A stretch of 64,000 bases of DNA from Mytilus edulis (lineage: Eukaryota), in assembly GCF_963676685.1 (NCBI RefSeq), contig NC_092350.1, positions 3,658,001 to 3,722,000 on the forward strand. The letters are read 5' to 3'. This document shows positions 37,895 through 51,170 of the stretch, piece after piece (the first letter of the stretch is position 1; the number at the start of each line of letters is the position of its first letter). The translations under genes were made by a program, and so were the position numbers. Under the pieces are notes generated by a model. The model was not told the DNA's origin, did no database searches, and was given only the letters and a program-made list of their open reading frames with translations.

Positions 37895-38420
37895 ATCCTA
37901 ACAAATTGTGGCACAGGTATCATATCAATTTCTAAGAATGACAACTCTCTCAGAACAATAAATACATGGTCGGGATAAATAAAATCCTTATCAAAGTCTA
38001 TTGGATGGAGCATATTACTTCTGATATCCAATTTTGTTAAGTTTTTTACTGTAAGAAATATTTCTGCGGGATAAACATTATAATATATACATGTCAAGAG
38101 AAGCAATATTATATTACCACGTAAATGACTCACTAGATAAATATTCAATTTTTTCTCCAAAATTCAGTTCCTGTAAGTACTTATAATTACCGACAGAATC
38201 ATTTTCAGTAGCAGATAATTGGTTCGAACTAAGATCTAAATCATTGATATCTCTCATTGATATATCTTATGAGGTATAAAATTCAGTCCTTTGTTTTTTA
38301 CAATCTGTTGATGTCACTTCCTGGATTTTTTAAGTAACATATTTGATATCACAGTCTGATAATGGTAAGATTTTGTTACACTTGATAATCGTAAGAATGT
38401 AAAGAAAAAATAGCTGAATA
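37895..38420 (-). pseudogene. TLR 5' fragment (TLR-D), paralog of TLR-B, multiple lesions
   Basis: LSDCDIKYV, DLSSNQL, YKYLQEL and KNLTKLDIRSNMLHPIDFDKDFIYPDHVF..DMIPVPQF nearly match 25770-26280. Confidence 0.88.
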
Positions 38421-39599
38421 ACTGATAACACAATTATGTAATAAAGTAAATATCTCTGTTCTGTACAAATAACTACCTTTACACATATTAGGTGGTACCC
38501 ATATATGTGGTATTGTTGGAACAGAATATATGTGCTATTTTAAACACATAACATACATCAACATTTATTATTGAGAAAGAGTGAGACATTACAAAAACAA
38601 TGTCTATTCAAATCAATCTCAGGATTTGAATTTTACTCCCTATCATATCAAAATCCATTACTGTGTCATCACCGCAAATTATCAATCTATTATGCACATG
38701 AAGTAGCTTCAACGGTCACTTTTAACTGTAGAGGAAAAACCCAAAACAAATAGGTCAGTTGTGTTGATTTAAATAACTTTTAGTGAATAATTACTAGTAA
38801 AACAGATTTATAAAAGAAATAATTCTAGAATAAGATACAGATATTGAGCTGTCCAAACGTTATTCATATATCATAACCTTTATTTATCATACATATTTTT
38901 ATTTTATTTGGCCATAAGTAAATAAAATCATTGATACACTCATTTGATTTATTGTATGTTCAATGTGCGCAATGAATATACATCTACATATTTGTTTTGT
39001 TTGATTTCAAGTAGGAATTATGTAAACAACAAACAACAAGTAAATTTGAAATTTGGCTGATTATTTGTCAAGGCATTTATTCAACACCATTCAGCAATAT
39101 AAACCAACAAACAACTGACGTCAACAAACTTCCTAACAAGTTAAAGCTTAATGACAATTGGTCACTGAAGGGAAACAACTGTGAATGCAAAACAATGTCT
39201 AGCTGCTAGACAAATCCATAACAGTTTAATGAACGAAATTTGAATAAATCACTGCAAGTTGAATCATGCTGATGATGACATCCAACACACTTTCTATATA
39301 GAACGGAACGTCATGACGATAGACATTTTTTTGTTAAAGCATCTGACATATTTGATGATACATAACAATATAATTGTAACATTCAATACATATGAAACAA
39401 TTCACCATGTAATCTGTAAAATAAACTAAAAACAGCAGCAATTGTGTATGTTAAAGGGAAGAAGGATGGGTTGTGCAATCTTGTTGAAAAATAACCATGG
39501 AATAAATATTGAACGGGAACACGTGTTTAAATATGACCAAAGTCTACGAGGCGGATCAAAGCATATTATTTCGTATGTTGGAATACTGGTATATAGTTG

Positions 39600-40607
39600 C
39601 ATGGATATATAGATGATGTTCTCTCACTAAATAGTTAAAACTTCGTTGACCATGATGAACGCATCTATCCCATCGAACTAGAGATAAGGGACACAACAGA
39701 TACAGTTACATGTAAAAAGTAAAATCGCGAAAATACTGTACTCCGAGGAAAATACAAAACGGAAAAGTCACTAATCAAAAAGGCAAAATCTAATGAAAAA
39801 ACACATCAAACGAATGGACAACATCTGTCATATTTCTGACTTGGTACAGGCACTTTCAAATGTAGAAAATGGGGGATTGAACCTGGTTTTATAGCGCTAA
39901 ATATCCCACTTGTATGACAGTCGCACCAATCGCAATCATACGGATGCTTCATATCTTGACTTACTTCTAGAAATTAGCAATGATGGTCGGTTGAAAACAT
40001 TTACGACAAAAGAGATCATTTCAGTTTCCTAATTGTGAACTTTCCATTTCTATGTAGCAACATTCAGCTGCGCCTGCATACAGAGTATATATATCCCAAT
40101 TGATACGGTATTCCAGGGCTTTTAATTCATATCATGATATCCTTGATAGATGGTTGCTGCTCACAAGGAAACTATTAAAGAGTTCCAAATTGTGAAGTAG
40201 ACATCATCCCTGTGTAAATTTTACAGACGCCACCATGAATTGGGGGACCGTTATGGAATTACCGTTTCACAGATGATATTGGATATGTTCCTTATGTCGT
40301 AACTACAATCCACCTCCCTTTTCACCACGAATGTGACTTACCGAATTAGAATATTTATCGGGTTTGTATTAACATGAGCATTACGACGGTTACCATACGT
40401 GGAGCTGGATCTACCAACCCCGACGGAGCACCTGAGATCACTCCCAATTTTTAATGGGGTAAGGGTTGCTTTGTTTTTTGTTTTCTATGTTGTGTCTTGT
40501 GTACTTTTTTTCGTCTGTTTGTCTTTTAATTTTTTAGCTATGGCGTTGTCAGTTTATTTTCGATCAATGAGTGTGACTGTCCCTATGGTATCTTTTGCCC
40601 ATCTTTT
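39600..40607 (+). mobile_element. Degraded 3' part of the Naiad-type Penelope family, with another repeat nested at ~39714-39940
   Basis: YIDDVLSLN remnant and 3' UTR collinear with 47120-47893. Confidence 0.88.
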
Positions 40608-41946
40608 AATTAACGAACCGTAAATAATGAACTGAAGAACATTTTAGACACACTAAACAAATAAATGTATTTTTGATGCAATAAATCAATAAGATAATTA
40701 GCTCATTCAATTCTATTAATTTCGTTGTTTGAATATGGATAAGCGTTATTGGCCGGAGATGAATTTTTCTAATGTTAGAACGCATCTATTTGTAATATAT
40801 ATAAAACACCACCATGCAGTTATAAACATCACATTTATTTATCAAATGAAATGCATTCGGTACGAGTTTTGACAATAAACTACTGTCCAATGATGATTGG
40901 GGCTGAAATATTTAAAAAACAAAATCTAAATACAAAGGTAAAAAGAGCTGGTTCAATCAAATGAGATGATGAATAGAGCCAAATCTGGACAATTAATTTA
41001 TGCCAAACTTCATCCTTTAATTCAAAAACATTTAACACATTTGAGACATATGAATCATATTTCCGATTCTTAAACAGAATGCATGCTCCTCATTTTGACA
41101 TACTGATAGCTCGACGAATGCATGAGCATTGGTAATAAATAAAGATTAAAAAATCTTACCTATTATGAAGTTGAATGCATACTGAAATTTCTAATTTAAA
41201 CATTTGATCTGTACAGTCGGTTTGCATTTGAGAATCATTATGTAGAAAATTACGTTCTAACTTGGTAAGGCTGAGTTTGCCTCAGATACATTAGACTATT
41301 TTAAAGTTCTGTTTAAGTTGTATTGACAAGTATTGCTACTTTTCTATATAGATATAGGAAGATGTAGTATGAGTGTCAATGAAACAAATCTCGACCCAAG
41401 GCACAATTTATAAAATTAAACCACTGTAGGCCTAAGTACGGTCGTCAATACGGAGCCTTGGCTGACACCGAACTGCAAGCTTTAAAGCAGATCTGCAAGA
41501 CAAATATCATATACTCAATAATTTATATGTTAGCAGTGACAATGTGTTGCCTTTCTACTTCCTGATATTTATAACATTGCTTTGCATGTATTATCATTGC
41601 AGTGTGGACATGCAGTACCAGTGATATATTACATTGTTTTGTCATCACCATGTATTATCATTGCAGTATGGACATGCAGTACCAGTGATTTTTATTTATA
41701 CCTGTGCTATTGTTGTATGCATCCCTTTACTTTGAAAATACATGAATGTATAAAATACAATGGTAATTTGCACGAGTTTATCAACTAACAAAATTATTGT
41801 TAAAATTAATTACTTTTGTGAAAAAGAAAAACAAAACAAAAAACGTTCTGTGTACTTTTTTTTTGAAGTGCATAATTTCAGCATCATTATGTGTTTCAAT
41901 GAACTTTTATGGTATATGCATTGTCTTAATAATTTTTATAACGATA

Positions 41947-44451
41947 TTATGTGTTTGTAATCAACCCATCAGTGAGCAGCATCCTCAGTTTCCTCCAAGT
42001 ATCATCCAAATCCTCTAGATTTTTCGGCCATTGTACAATAAATGCATAATTCCAAATGTACGAAAACTCTACAGGAATATCAGTAATTGTTATATCTTTT
42101 GTAATGATAATAATACGCTCCAGATTCTTTGTAATTCTTTCATATTTTGCCCTGTCAAGTTCGAACATGCAATCATGTGACGATAGGAATTCGGGCGTGA
42201 TCAGAAATATAATGGACCTGCTGTTTTGAATGCTCTCTGCCTCGTTGTCCGCTTGACTCGGTCCAACTAAAAAATCTCGATCTTTAATACACATCGTCAG
42301 TCCCCACTCGATCTCAAGTTTAGGTATTAATACATTTTTAATCCAAATGACAATATCCCCTTCATATGATATATACACGTCATATTGGTAAATCCTCCAG
42401 ACTTTGCGCTCAACAACACGGCGAATAACTCCATAGATAGAGAAGATGATTTTCCATCTCCTGTTATAGGCAAAAAGTAACAGTGAGATCGTTATGAATG
42501 TCGATAATAATGTTGATGCAAAAGTTAACCACATAGTATTCTTACAGTCAGCAAACAACTCATATAAAGAGTTGTACGCAATAAATGTATCAATTACTGT
42601 GCCGTTGGACAATTTACATCTATACGATCGGCTGTCTAGATAAACCTTTGTAGTCTGTATCCACCTTATAAAGTCTATATTGTCACAATTGCACTCAAAT
42701 GCATTATCAGTGAGATGTAAAGTCATTCCATGGAGTTCTTGCATCTTATCTGCCCAGTCTCTGATAGCTGAACTTACACTTGTTAATCGATTCTTCCTTA
42801 CGTCCAGCATTTGTACTTTAGTATGATCACTCAGTTGTATCGGAATAGACTGAAATGAATTTTTACTTAAATAAAGATATGTCAAGTTTGGCATTGGATT
42901 TAATAAGTCGTCTGGAAAAAACCAAATATCATTTTCAGATATATCCATTGACTCGATAGATCTTATACTGTTAAAGAATTGATTTCCGTATAGTCTAATT
43001 GCAGTATCTAGGTCGGCGTTTTTCCATACAATCGTTTTCAGAGTGTGATAGGGAGAACGTTTTGCTTGATTCCATGCAAATATATAATCTCCACCATTAG
43101 AAATAAATGTTTCCAGTCGAATTTGAAAATCAATCATAGGAGCAATTATGTTTGAATAAGATACATCCAGATATGTAAGGCTGTTATTTTTAGGAACTAA
43201 TAAATAAATTACAGGGAAAGTATTTGCTATTGTGTAACTGACATCTAATTTTTCAAGTGACCTTGGTACTATCACACAACTGTGAAATGAACAATTAAAA
43301 TCTGAATTTGAAGTATCTGAATATTTTATACCATAGTTGACAGCATTATATGAATAGTCGAACGATTTTAATCTAACAGTTTTACGGAAAAAATATTGTA
43401 TCTCATTTAGATTCTTCTCGCTAAAAAGCAAAAACCTGTTCCCTTTAAAGGAAATATGTCGTAAACAGTTCGGGTGATCAAGGGAAAACAAAGATCCAGG
43501 CTCATAATCAACTATTCCATTTTCTGATAAATCTAGATTTTCTACACAAATTGTTTTCAGGTTCTTCATTATGTCCACTGTAATTGTCAGAACATACGGG
43601 ATATCAACCCTGTCAATACTAACGTCACTCACATGACCGAAGTTTATTGTCGTAATACTTTTATTACGGTATGGTTGTAACAGCTGCAATGCATGCTTCA
43701 AATGCATGAATGTTCCAGAAAAATCTATAACATGAAGATTTTGAAACTGCAGCAATGCGTTATCGTCTGTGACAACAAAGTGCAACCGACAATTTCTGAT
43801 AGTCAGCTGTTCTACAGAGGATGAAAACCTCTGAAAGATTTCATTCGACAAGCGAACCAAATAACATGATTCGAAGTGTAATTCTTTAAGAGTGGTCATG
43901 TGACCGAATCCACTTCCAAAGTGTGGCAAAGGCATCATATCGATTCCTAAGAACGACAACTCCGTGAGAATACCGAATGCATGATCGGGATAATTATAAT
44001 CAGCAACAAAGTCTATCGGTTGAGGCATATTTCTCCTGATATCCAATTTCGTTAAGTTTTTAATTGGATGAAATAGTTCTGCGGAATAAACGTTAGATAG
44101 ATTAAGTATATTTTCAGACATGTCCAGTATTGTAAGTTTGTGTAGTCCTTGAAATGAGTTGTTAGATAAATAATCAAGTTGATTTTGTCTCAAGAAAATT
44201 TTTTGCAAGTATTTATAATTAACAAAAGAATTGTTCCCAATCATTCGTAGCAGATTAAAACTCATATCTAAAACTTTGATATCTCCCGGTAAATTCTGAG
44301 GTATAAAAGTCAGTCCTTTGTTTTTACAATCTGCTATTTTTACTTCCTCATTTTCCTTCAATTCATATTTGATATCGCAGACTGATGCATGTACGAATTC
44401 ATTACAGATGATGATAATAGATAATACTGAATACAGTATAATCCCCTCCAT
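41947..44451 (-). CDS. Toll-like receptor, intact, ~834 aa from ATG 44451 (TLR-E), close paralog of TLR-A
   Basis: Same architecture as TLR-A with long identical stretches. MEGIILYSVLSII aligns with the TLR-A start; the track start at 44478 is a GTG. Confidence 0.97.
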   Translation of the reverse strand: MEGIILYSVLSIIIICNEFVHASVCDIKYELKENEEVKIADCKNKGLTFIPQNLPGDIKVLDMSFNLLRMIGNNSFVNYKYLQKIFLRQNQLDYLSNNSFQGLHKLTILDMSENILNLSNVYSAELFHPIKNLTKLDIRRNMPQPIDFVADYNYPDHAFGILTELSFLGIDMMPLPHFGSGFGHMTTLKELHFESCYLVRLSNEIFQRFSSSVEQLTIRNCRLHFVVTDDNALLQFQNLHVIDFSGTFMHLKHALQLLQPYRNKSITTINFGHVSDVSIDRVDIPYVLTITVDIMKNLKTICVENLDLSENGIVDYEPGSLFSLDHPNCLRHISFKGNRFLLFSEKNLNEIQYFFRKTVRLKSFDYSYNAVNYGIKYSDTSNSDFNCSFHSCVIVPRSLEKLDVSYTIANTFPVIYLLVPKNNSLTYLDVSYSNIIAPMIDFQIRLETFISNGGDYIFAWNQAKRSPYHTLKTIVWKNADLDTAIRLYGNQFFNSIRSIESMDISENDIWFFPDDLLNPMPNLTYLYLSKNSFQSIPIQLSDHTKVQMLDVRKNRLTSVSSAIRDWADKMQELHGMTLHLTDNAFECNCDNIDFIRWIQTTKVYLDSRSYRCKLSNGTVIDTFIAYNSLYELFADCKNTMWLTFASTLLSTFITISLLLFAYNRRWKIIFSIYGVIRRVVERKVWRIYQYDVYISYEGDIVIWIKNVLIPKLEIEWGLTMCIKDRDFLVGPSQADNEAESIQNSRSIIFLITPEFLSSHDCMFELDRAKYERITKNLERIIIITKDITITDIPVEFSYIWNYAFIVQWPKNLEDLDDTWRKLRMLLTDGLITNT

Positions 44452-44869
44452 ATTGAGACCTGAATATCTGAAATACACTTCGTGAAGTACTAGATGTTAA
44501 GTAATCCCCTCCATATTGTGACCTGAATATCTGAAATACACTTCTTAAAGAATTAGATGTTAAGTAATTCTCCGTAGTTTACATCGTATTCTATCATACA
44601 CAGATATGTTTTAAGTAACACATTTAAACACAGTCATGTAATGACAGTACTTTTGCACGCATCAATAAGACACATTATCTACTTTGTAAATTCTTTTCTT
44701 TGCCTTTTTGTGTTTCTTTGTTACATATTTGTTTATTATTAAGATGAATAAGATAATCACACAATGTTGACTGCTATACCTCTTTTTTGACATTTGTACC
44801 TATTACGTCTATTTTTTTGTTCACTCATCGTTGTCAATGTAATGGAATTGAATTTGACAGTAATACAAA

Positions 44870-47800
44870 TTTGCCCTAAAAAGAAATATTCAGTCAGAAG
44901 TTACGATGATCTGAATTGTAAATCGATAAATGTCGTCTACGGATTAGAGTGCAACCTTTGCGGATTGGTATACGTCGGTGAAACGAAAGGAAGGCTAAAC
45001 AAACGTATGTGCGGTCATAGATCAGACATTAACCTCAATGCTAACGACATTCTATACCATCATTCCATCGTTTCTATGACAGTTCGCATTTTCGAAAAGA
45101 TATACCATAGCTCTAACAATCCTAATCTTTCAACGACTCTCCGTAGACAAAAAGAAGACTACTGGATTAGACTATTGGTAACTGCAACACCGTATGGCTG
45201 CAATGACAAAATTGATGGTATAATCTAGTCCTTCGTGTAACTCGGTGAATGTGATGAATATTTTCAACTCGACTCCTCGACGTAGACGCAGTCATGGTCA
45301 TCGTCATTATACATCACCTTCTCTGCATGATGTCTCTATTAATGACTTGTTGCCATTTATACAAAAGCCGTTAGGTATTCATCACATTCGCACGAAACTT
45401 TATTCATTACCCCTTTCAAAACTTCATTCTCTGTTCAATTTATGTTTGGAATCCACTGTTACAAACCCTCATTCAAACCTATACAAAATTACAGCTATAA
45501 TTTCGGATATTGCAAGTCACAGACTTTTCAAGCCAGTCCGCATTGGCAAAGATGAAAAAGAGAAAAGATCTTTCCTTAATCTTTCCTTTGCCAACAAAGG
45601 TATCGATGGCGTCAACTTAGGCAATATCCTTCATCATAAATTAGTTCAATCGAAAATACCTCCTTATTTCAAAGACCAGTCTGTACCAATCATTTCTTAT
45701 ACCTATACTAAACCTATTGCAACTAAAATTTTCAATAACAAACACGTTTTGCAGGATCTCGATATTGACGACTTCAAGTCTAAACCTCCCGATTGCACTT
45801 GTGCTAGTTCCCAATTCACATATAATCCCGCTGGCCACGTTATTACCGGTGACCTCAACATTGTTAATAACACTTCTCTACGAAATGTGTTATCGAAAGG
45901 TCCGAAATATCGTGAGCCTAAATCCATCAATTGGAAATTCAACTTTAAAATTTTGATGGATTCAGTTGAGGATTATGCCAGGCAATGGGCTAAGCGCGAG
46001 AAGGAAGACGTAGACACTCTTTCCGAATGGATTAAGGCAGTGAGGTCGTTGATACAAATCAGAATTATGAAACTGAATGGGTCTATCAATGCCCATGCTA
46101 CGTCAATCTTTAAAGACCCAAATGTTGCAAAACACCTATCCTACCTCCATGACAAATATGTTGTTGTCCCCGCAGATAAAGCCCCAAACAACATCGTTTT
46201 TGTATGTAAAACTCATTACATTAACTGCTTGATAAACGAATTAGGTATTGACAATTCACTTGGAAACTCAACATATACACTCACGACGCTTACCAAAGAG
46301 GAAATCCTGGATAATCATAGGTCTGTTCTGTGTTCCTTTGGAATTTCAACCAAAGATGAAGAACTGGATCTGCCATCACTGTTTTGGATACCTAAAATTG
46401 AGAAAGGAAATGGTGAATATGTCAAAGCGACAACCACCCGACCATAGAGCAAACAACAGCCGAAGGCAACCAATGGGTCTAAACTACATAAGTGTCCTTA
46501 CAAACAACGGTATATTGCTGGGTCTTCCAAGTGCTCCACGAAACCTCTTTCTAAATTATTAACATCTATTTTATCAGCAATCAAAGACGGGCTTCAAAGT
46601 TATTATGAAACTGCCTATTCTAGAGGGGGCGTGAATCAGATGTGGATACTTAAAAATTCCAAAGATCTTTACGAGTACATATAATCTAACTCTCTTTCAT
46701 CTTGTAACAGTATTAAAACATTTGACTTTTCTACTCTGTACACTAGTATTCCACATTCCAAACTAAAAGACAAATTGAAAGAGTTGGCATTGCTTTGCTT
46801 CGTAAAAAAGAATGGCCAACGTAGATACAAGTATGTTGTCTTAGGGACAGATAGATCCTACTTTGTAAAGGATCACTCTGATTCGAACAAAAAATTCTCT
46901 GAAACTGATATTATCAAGATGCTTGATTTCTTGATTGACAACATATTTGTTACGTTCGGAGGACGTGTTTTTCAACAGACTGTCGGCATTCCAATGGGAA
47001 CAAACTGTGCCCCTCTACTTGCCGACTTGTTTCTTTATTATTATGAGGCTGACTTCATGCAGGAACTTCTTAGGAAGAAAGATAAGAAGTTAGCACTATC
47101 CTTTAACTCTACGTTTCGCTATATAGATGATGTTCTTTCACTAAATAATTCAAAATTTGGTGACTATGTGGAACGCATCTATCCAATCGAGCTAGAGATA
47201 AAGGATACTACAGATACAGTTAAGTCGGCCTCATATCTTGACTTACATCTAGAAATTGACAATGAGGGTCGGTTGAAAACAAAACTTTACGACAAAAGAG
47301 ATGATTTCAGCTTTCCAATTGTGAACTTTCCATTTCTAAGTAGCAACATTCCAGGAGCACCTGCATACGGGGTATATATCTCCCAATTGATACGATATTC
47401 CCGTGCTTGCATTTCCTATCATGATTTTCTTGATAGAGGGTTGCTGCTCACAAGGAAGCTATTAAACCAAGAGTTCCAAATGGTGAAGTTGAAATCATCC
47501 CTTCGTAAATTTTACGGACGCCATCACGAGTTGGTTGACCGTTATGGAATAACCGTATCACAAATGATATCGGATATGTTCCTTACATCGTAACTACAAT
47601 CCCCTTCCCTTTCCTGAATGTGACTTACCGAATTAGACTATTTACCGGATTTGTTATCACATAAGCAACACGACGGGTGCCGCATGTGGAGCAGGATCTG
47701 CTTACCCTTCCGGAGCACCTGAGATCACCCCTAGTTTTTGGTGGGGTTCGTGTTGTTTATTCTTTAGTTTTCTATGTTGTGTCATGTGTACTATTGTTTT

Positions 47801-47893
47801 TCTGTTTGTCCTTTTCATTTTTAGCCATGGCGTTGTCGGTTTGTTTTAGATTTATGAGTTTGACTGTCCCTTTGGTATCTTTCGTCCCTCTTT
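44870..47893 (+). mobile_element. Penelope-like element with N-terminal GIY-YIG (Naiad/Chlamys-type domain order), disrupted
   Basis: VVYGLECNLCGLVYVGET precedes PADKA, WIPKLHK, TFDFSTLYTSIPH, GIPMG, RYIDD and ASYLD. Lesions: frameshift ~45225, ~85-bp insertion 46396-46480, TAA ~46682. Confidence 0.9.
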
Positions 47894-48129
47894 CAATATA
47901 AACAGATGACAAAAATAAAACAGTCGTGATCCGGAGTTGCAACACACAGCCACATCATTAAGGTATAACAATGCATCAATTCTTCTGTATGTTAAATAGA
48001 TTTTGGATTGACTGAATTGTCTATTTGTAGAATAGGTACACATTTATGTTGCAGTCTCAGACTTCAGTCGGTGGTTTTAAGTCAAATATTGTTTTATATG
48101 TAGTGTATATGTTAGTGGCAATAAGTGAA

Positions 48130-48280
48130 ATTAGGCATTAAGCTTAAATCCTAGGCAATAAGCAAATGCCTAGGCAGTAAGTCTATTGCCTATATGATGT
48201 TAGGCATTAGTCTTAAATCCTAGGATTTAAGCTTAATTCCTGAAAAATGTGTGCAGGCAATAAGCTTAATGCCTAAAATA
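48130..48280. repeat. Cluster of short direct/inverted taggcattaagcttaaatccta-type motifs
   Basis: taggca.taag and cttaatgccta motifs repeated in both orientations. Confidence 0.55.
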
Positions 48281-49282
48281 TAAATGCGACATTTATTCAT
48301 TTTTATTTAAAACATTGTTACATAACAACCTTATGAAAACTAGGGCCTGTTTATCGAAACGGTCCTAAAATTGGTCCTATAAGGTATTCTTAGGACAGTC
48401 ATTATCATAAAGTTAGGACCGACTTACGACATGTCTCAGCATGCAAATCTAAGCTATTTTCGGATTATCTTAGATAGGATATCAATGATAACAGTTGTAC
48501 CATTTGATTATTTTCTTTCACATACGAAAGGCAACTATTCAATAGTTTGCAACTTCAATGAAAACATAATATGTTCGTTTTGTCTGTATGACACGTGTCG
48601 TTGGTGTAAACAGTATTTTATTATGCATTATAAAAGTACATTTTATATTCACATTCACAAAATGGATTCAGAAACAAGCAACAAGTGTTTATATTAATCT
48701 GTTTCCGTGTTAAATTAAATACATTAAAGAAATAAAAAAAGCATGCTCTGTTTTATTAGCGCGCGGTTCTACATTAGAATCAATATTAGTCTGGCCATTC
48801 GATCCCAGTGCTAAAGGTCTTTCGGTCATTTATGAGTGAAATTGGCATGCATAAATACAAATTCAAAAATAAGAAAGCAATGAATGAGGTTGTTGAATTT
48901 GATATATGACTTTTTGTGCCCGTGCTTCTTGTTAAATATTTGTATGTTTTTATTGTGATTTAGATACTTGTGGTACATGTACTTGTAAATCCTGTCATTA
49001 TTGTTTATGATGCTTTGTAACATATATGACGTGGCCCTGTATTTATATATCCCGTTATTTTGTTATTGTACTATGGTAAATGTGTGTATTCTTGTCTTTA
49101 ATGTGTGCTAATACAATGTATGATTGGTCTATTTGCCATTTTGTTCCTATTTGCTACTATGGCTTTTCTACCTCAGGAATATAATACCTTAGCTATATTT
49201 GACAAAACTATTATGACTTTTGGTCCTTTAATGCTCTTCAACTTCGTACTTTATTTGGGCTTTGTATATTTTTGGGATTCGA

Positions 49283-49326
49283 GCGTCCCTAATGGGTCTT
49301 TTGTAGACGAAACGCGCGTCTAGCGT
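49283..49326 (+). ncRNA. Inactivated hammerhead copy (core CUGAUGA mutated to CUAAUGG) within a retrozyme-like repeat (~49010-49370)
   Basis: gcgtcc-CTAATGG-gtcttttgtagac-GAAA-cgcgcg-TC-tagcgt. Confidence 0.75.
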
Positions 49327-49486
49327 AAATACAAAACTTAATCCTGGTATCTATGATGAGTTAATTTACATATTTGTTTGTGTTTTAGTGAGTAAGATTT
49401 TTTCACAATGTTGACTGCTGTATTTTTTAAACTTTTTTTTTTATCTATAATGTCTGTTTGTTTTGTTCACGCATTGTTGTCAATAT

Positions 49487-50879
49487 TGTAACAACTGGAC
49501 AATTATAACATTTAATAATTTTTACAAACTGGAATTTACTATGCTAACAGAAGAAATAAGTCAACTACAGATGGATGAAAACTTTATTGGATGATGGCCT
49601 GCAACAGAAATATTATTGACTTATGAACATTTATTTGAATTGGACATACTGTTATATTTGCAACTTTTTAACTTTATGCATTTTGTTTGGCAAGTGCCCC
49701 TTCCACTTGTTTACCAAACTCGTTTTACTGTATAACATATTTTTCATAGATTGTAAGGTGTCTGGCACAAATATGCATATACCTGAGATTATATTTCAAC
49801 CCATTATAAGTCCTGAAAGTGTCTCAGTAAGGAAATATTTAAGTTTTACTATCGGTCCAAAGCATTTTTGTTGTTTCTCCGCGAAGAGCCATTTTACAGG
49901 TCATGTGACCGCAGTAGGAAATATTTTTGTCGTTGTCATTATATATCTTAAATCTCTTAAGGATTCTATAAGAGTAAGAAAAAAGTCATTACATTAATAG
50001 TTTTATTAAGGCTCCATTATTTATATCTGTTAAAGATTAGTTTCTTAGGGATTATATTGTAACCAGTTTACTGCTGGAATTTAGAATCAGTACTCCCGGC
50101 GTCTGCTCTAGTCCTACGCACGGCTAGAAATTGGAAACAAGTAGTAACGAAGTTTTAAGCTTCTTTTGCTAAATTTAAATAAAGGAAAAGTTAGGACTTT
50201 GGCCCATTTGTATAATAATTAAAGAACAGGCATTTTACTGTCAATTTTACATGTGATTTTTAAATGTGCAGGTTTTCCTGTCAAGCCCTTATTTTATCGG
50301 ACATTTTCCTGTCAGCCCAGACAGAGTTCTCATTGGCCCTCAGGGATCCCTGGCTAGATCCCTTATTTTCTATTGGCTTTCAGGGATCTCAAAAGTATAT
50401 AAATAAGGTTCAACTCAGTGAAATGGCGGATAACTTGTTAGCTCAAGCCTAACTAGTAGCTAAGCCTTAACAACCTGAAAGTTTATCTTTACCAGACCTA
50501 GCCCAACAGAAAAGCCAAGCAGGTTAATATGCTTTAATAATATAAGATGAAGTATTTTTAAGGAAATGTAAATATAAAGGCAGTTATCCCCCACCACACT
50601 GAGTGACCTAAATGACCCGAAAACTGATTACTGATTAAGCGTCTGCATGTCTGCATTTGTCTGTGTACTATATACCATGAACATGTAAAAATAAATATAA
50701 TATACGTTCGAACCTATAGTTTATGGACTGAGAAATATGAGTGCATTGCCTGACATCCATTCGTCTTTAGAGGTAGAAGAAGGAAAAACCCCAAGATGCA
50801 GAATATTCCTGACGAGAGCCCCAAAACTTGTCAACAGACCCTTCCACAATTAATCGGCCTGTGGCGGCGGTTTGTTACA
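49487..50879 (+). repeat. 5' LTR (1393 bp)
   Basis: tgtaacaa...ttgttaca inverted ends; ~99% identical by eye to 59534-60928. Confidence 0.97.
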
Positions 50880-50880
50880 C

Positions 50881-50898
50881 TGGTGTCAGAAGTGGGAT
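50881..50898 (+). promoter_or_regulatory. Primer-binding site, tRNA-Leu type
   Basis: TGGTGTCAGAAGTGGGAT, complementary to the tRNA-Leu 3' end ATCCCACTTCTGACACCA, 1 nt after the LTR. Confidence 0.88.
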
Positions 50899-51170
50899 GT
50901 CAACTCTTCCAGACATCCCGTGATCGTACCCATAGCCAATTCGGGATTATTTTAGCTTCGACGAGTGGTGGAATATGCAAATAATAAATTGTAAATAACG
51001 TTTCCAGTTACTGTTTTTATCGTATTTTGCGTTGTTCCGTTACCGTTGTATTTATGAATTAAAATTTAGATGAACGTTTAAACGACAGTATTTTAACCCT
51101 GTATGTAATCAGTTTTATAAAACAAACACAAAATAATGTTTGTTATCTTTTTAATAAAGCAGCAGCAGAA

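Noticed and set aside
49623-50984. Short ORFs in the LTRs (also 59638-60501)
   Set aside because: No recognisable motifs, and one is truncated in the other LTR; they recur only because the LTR is duplicated.
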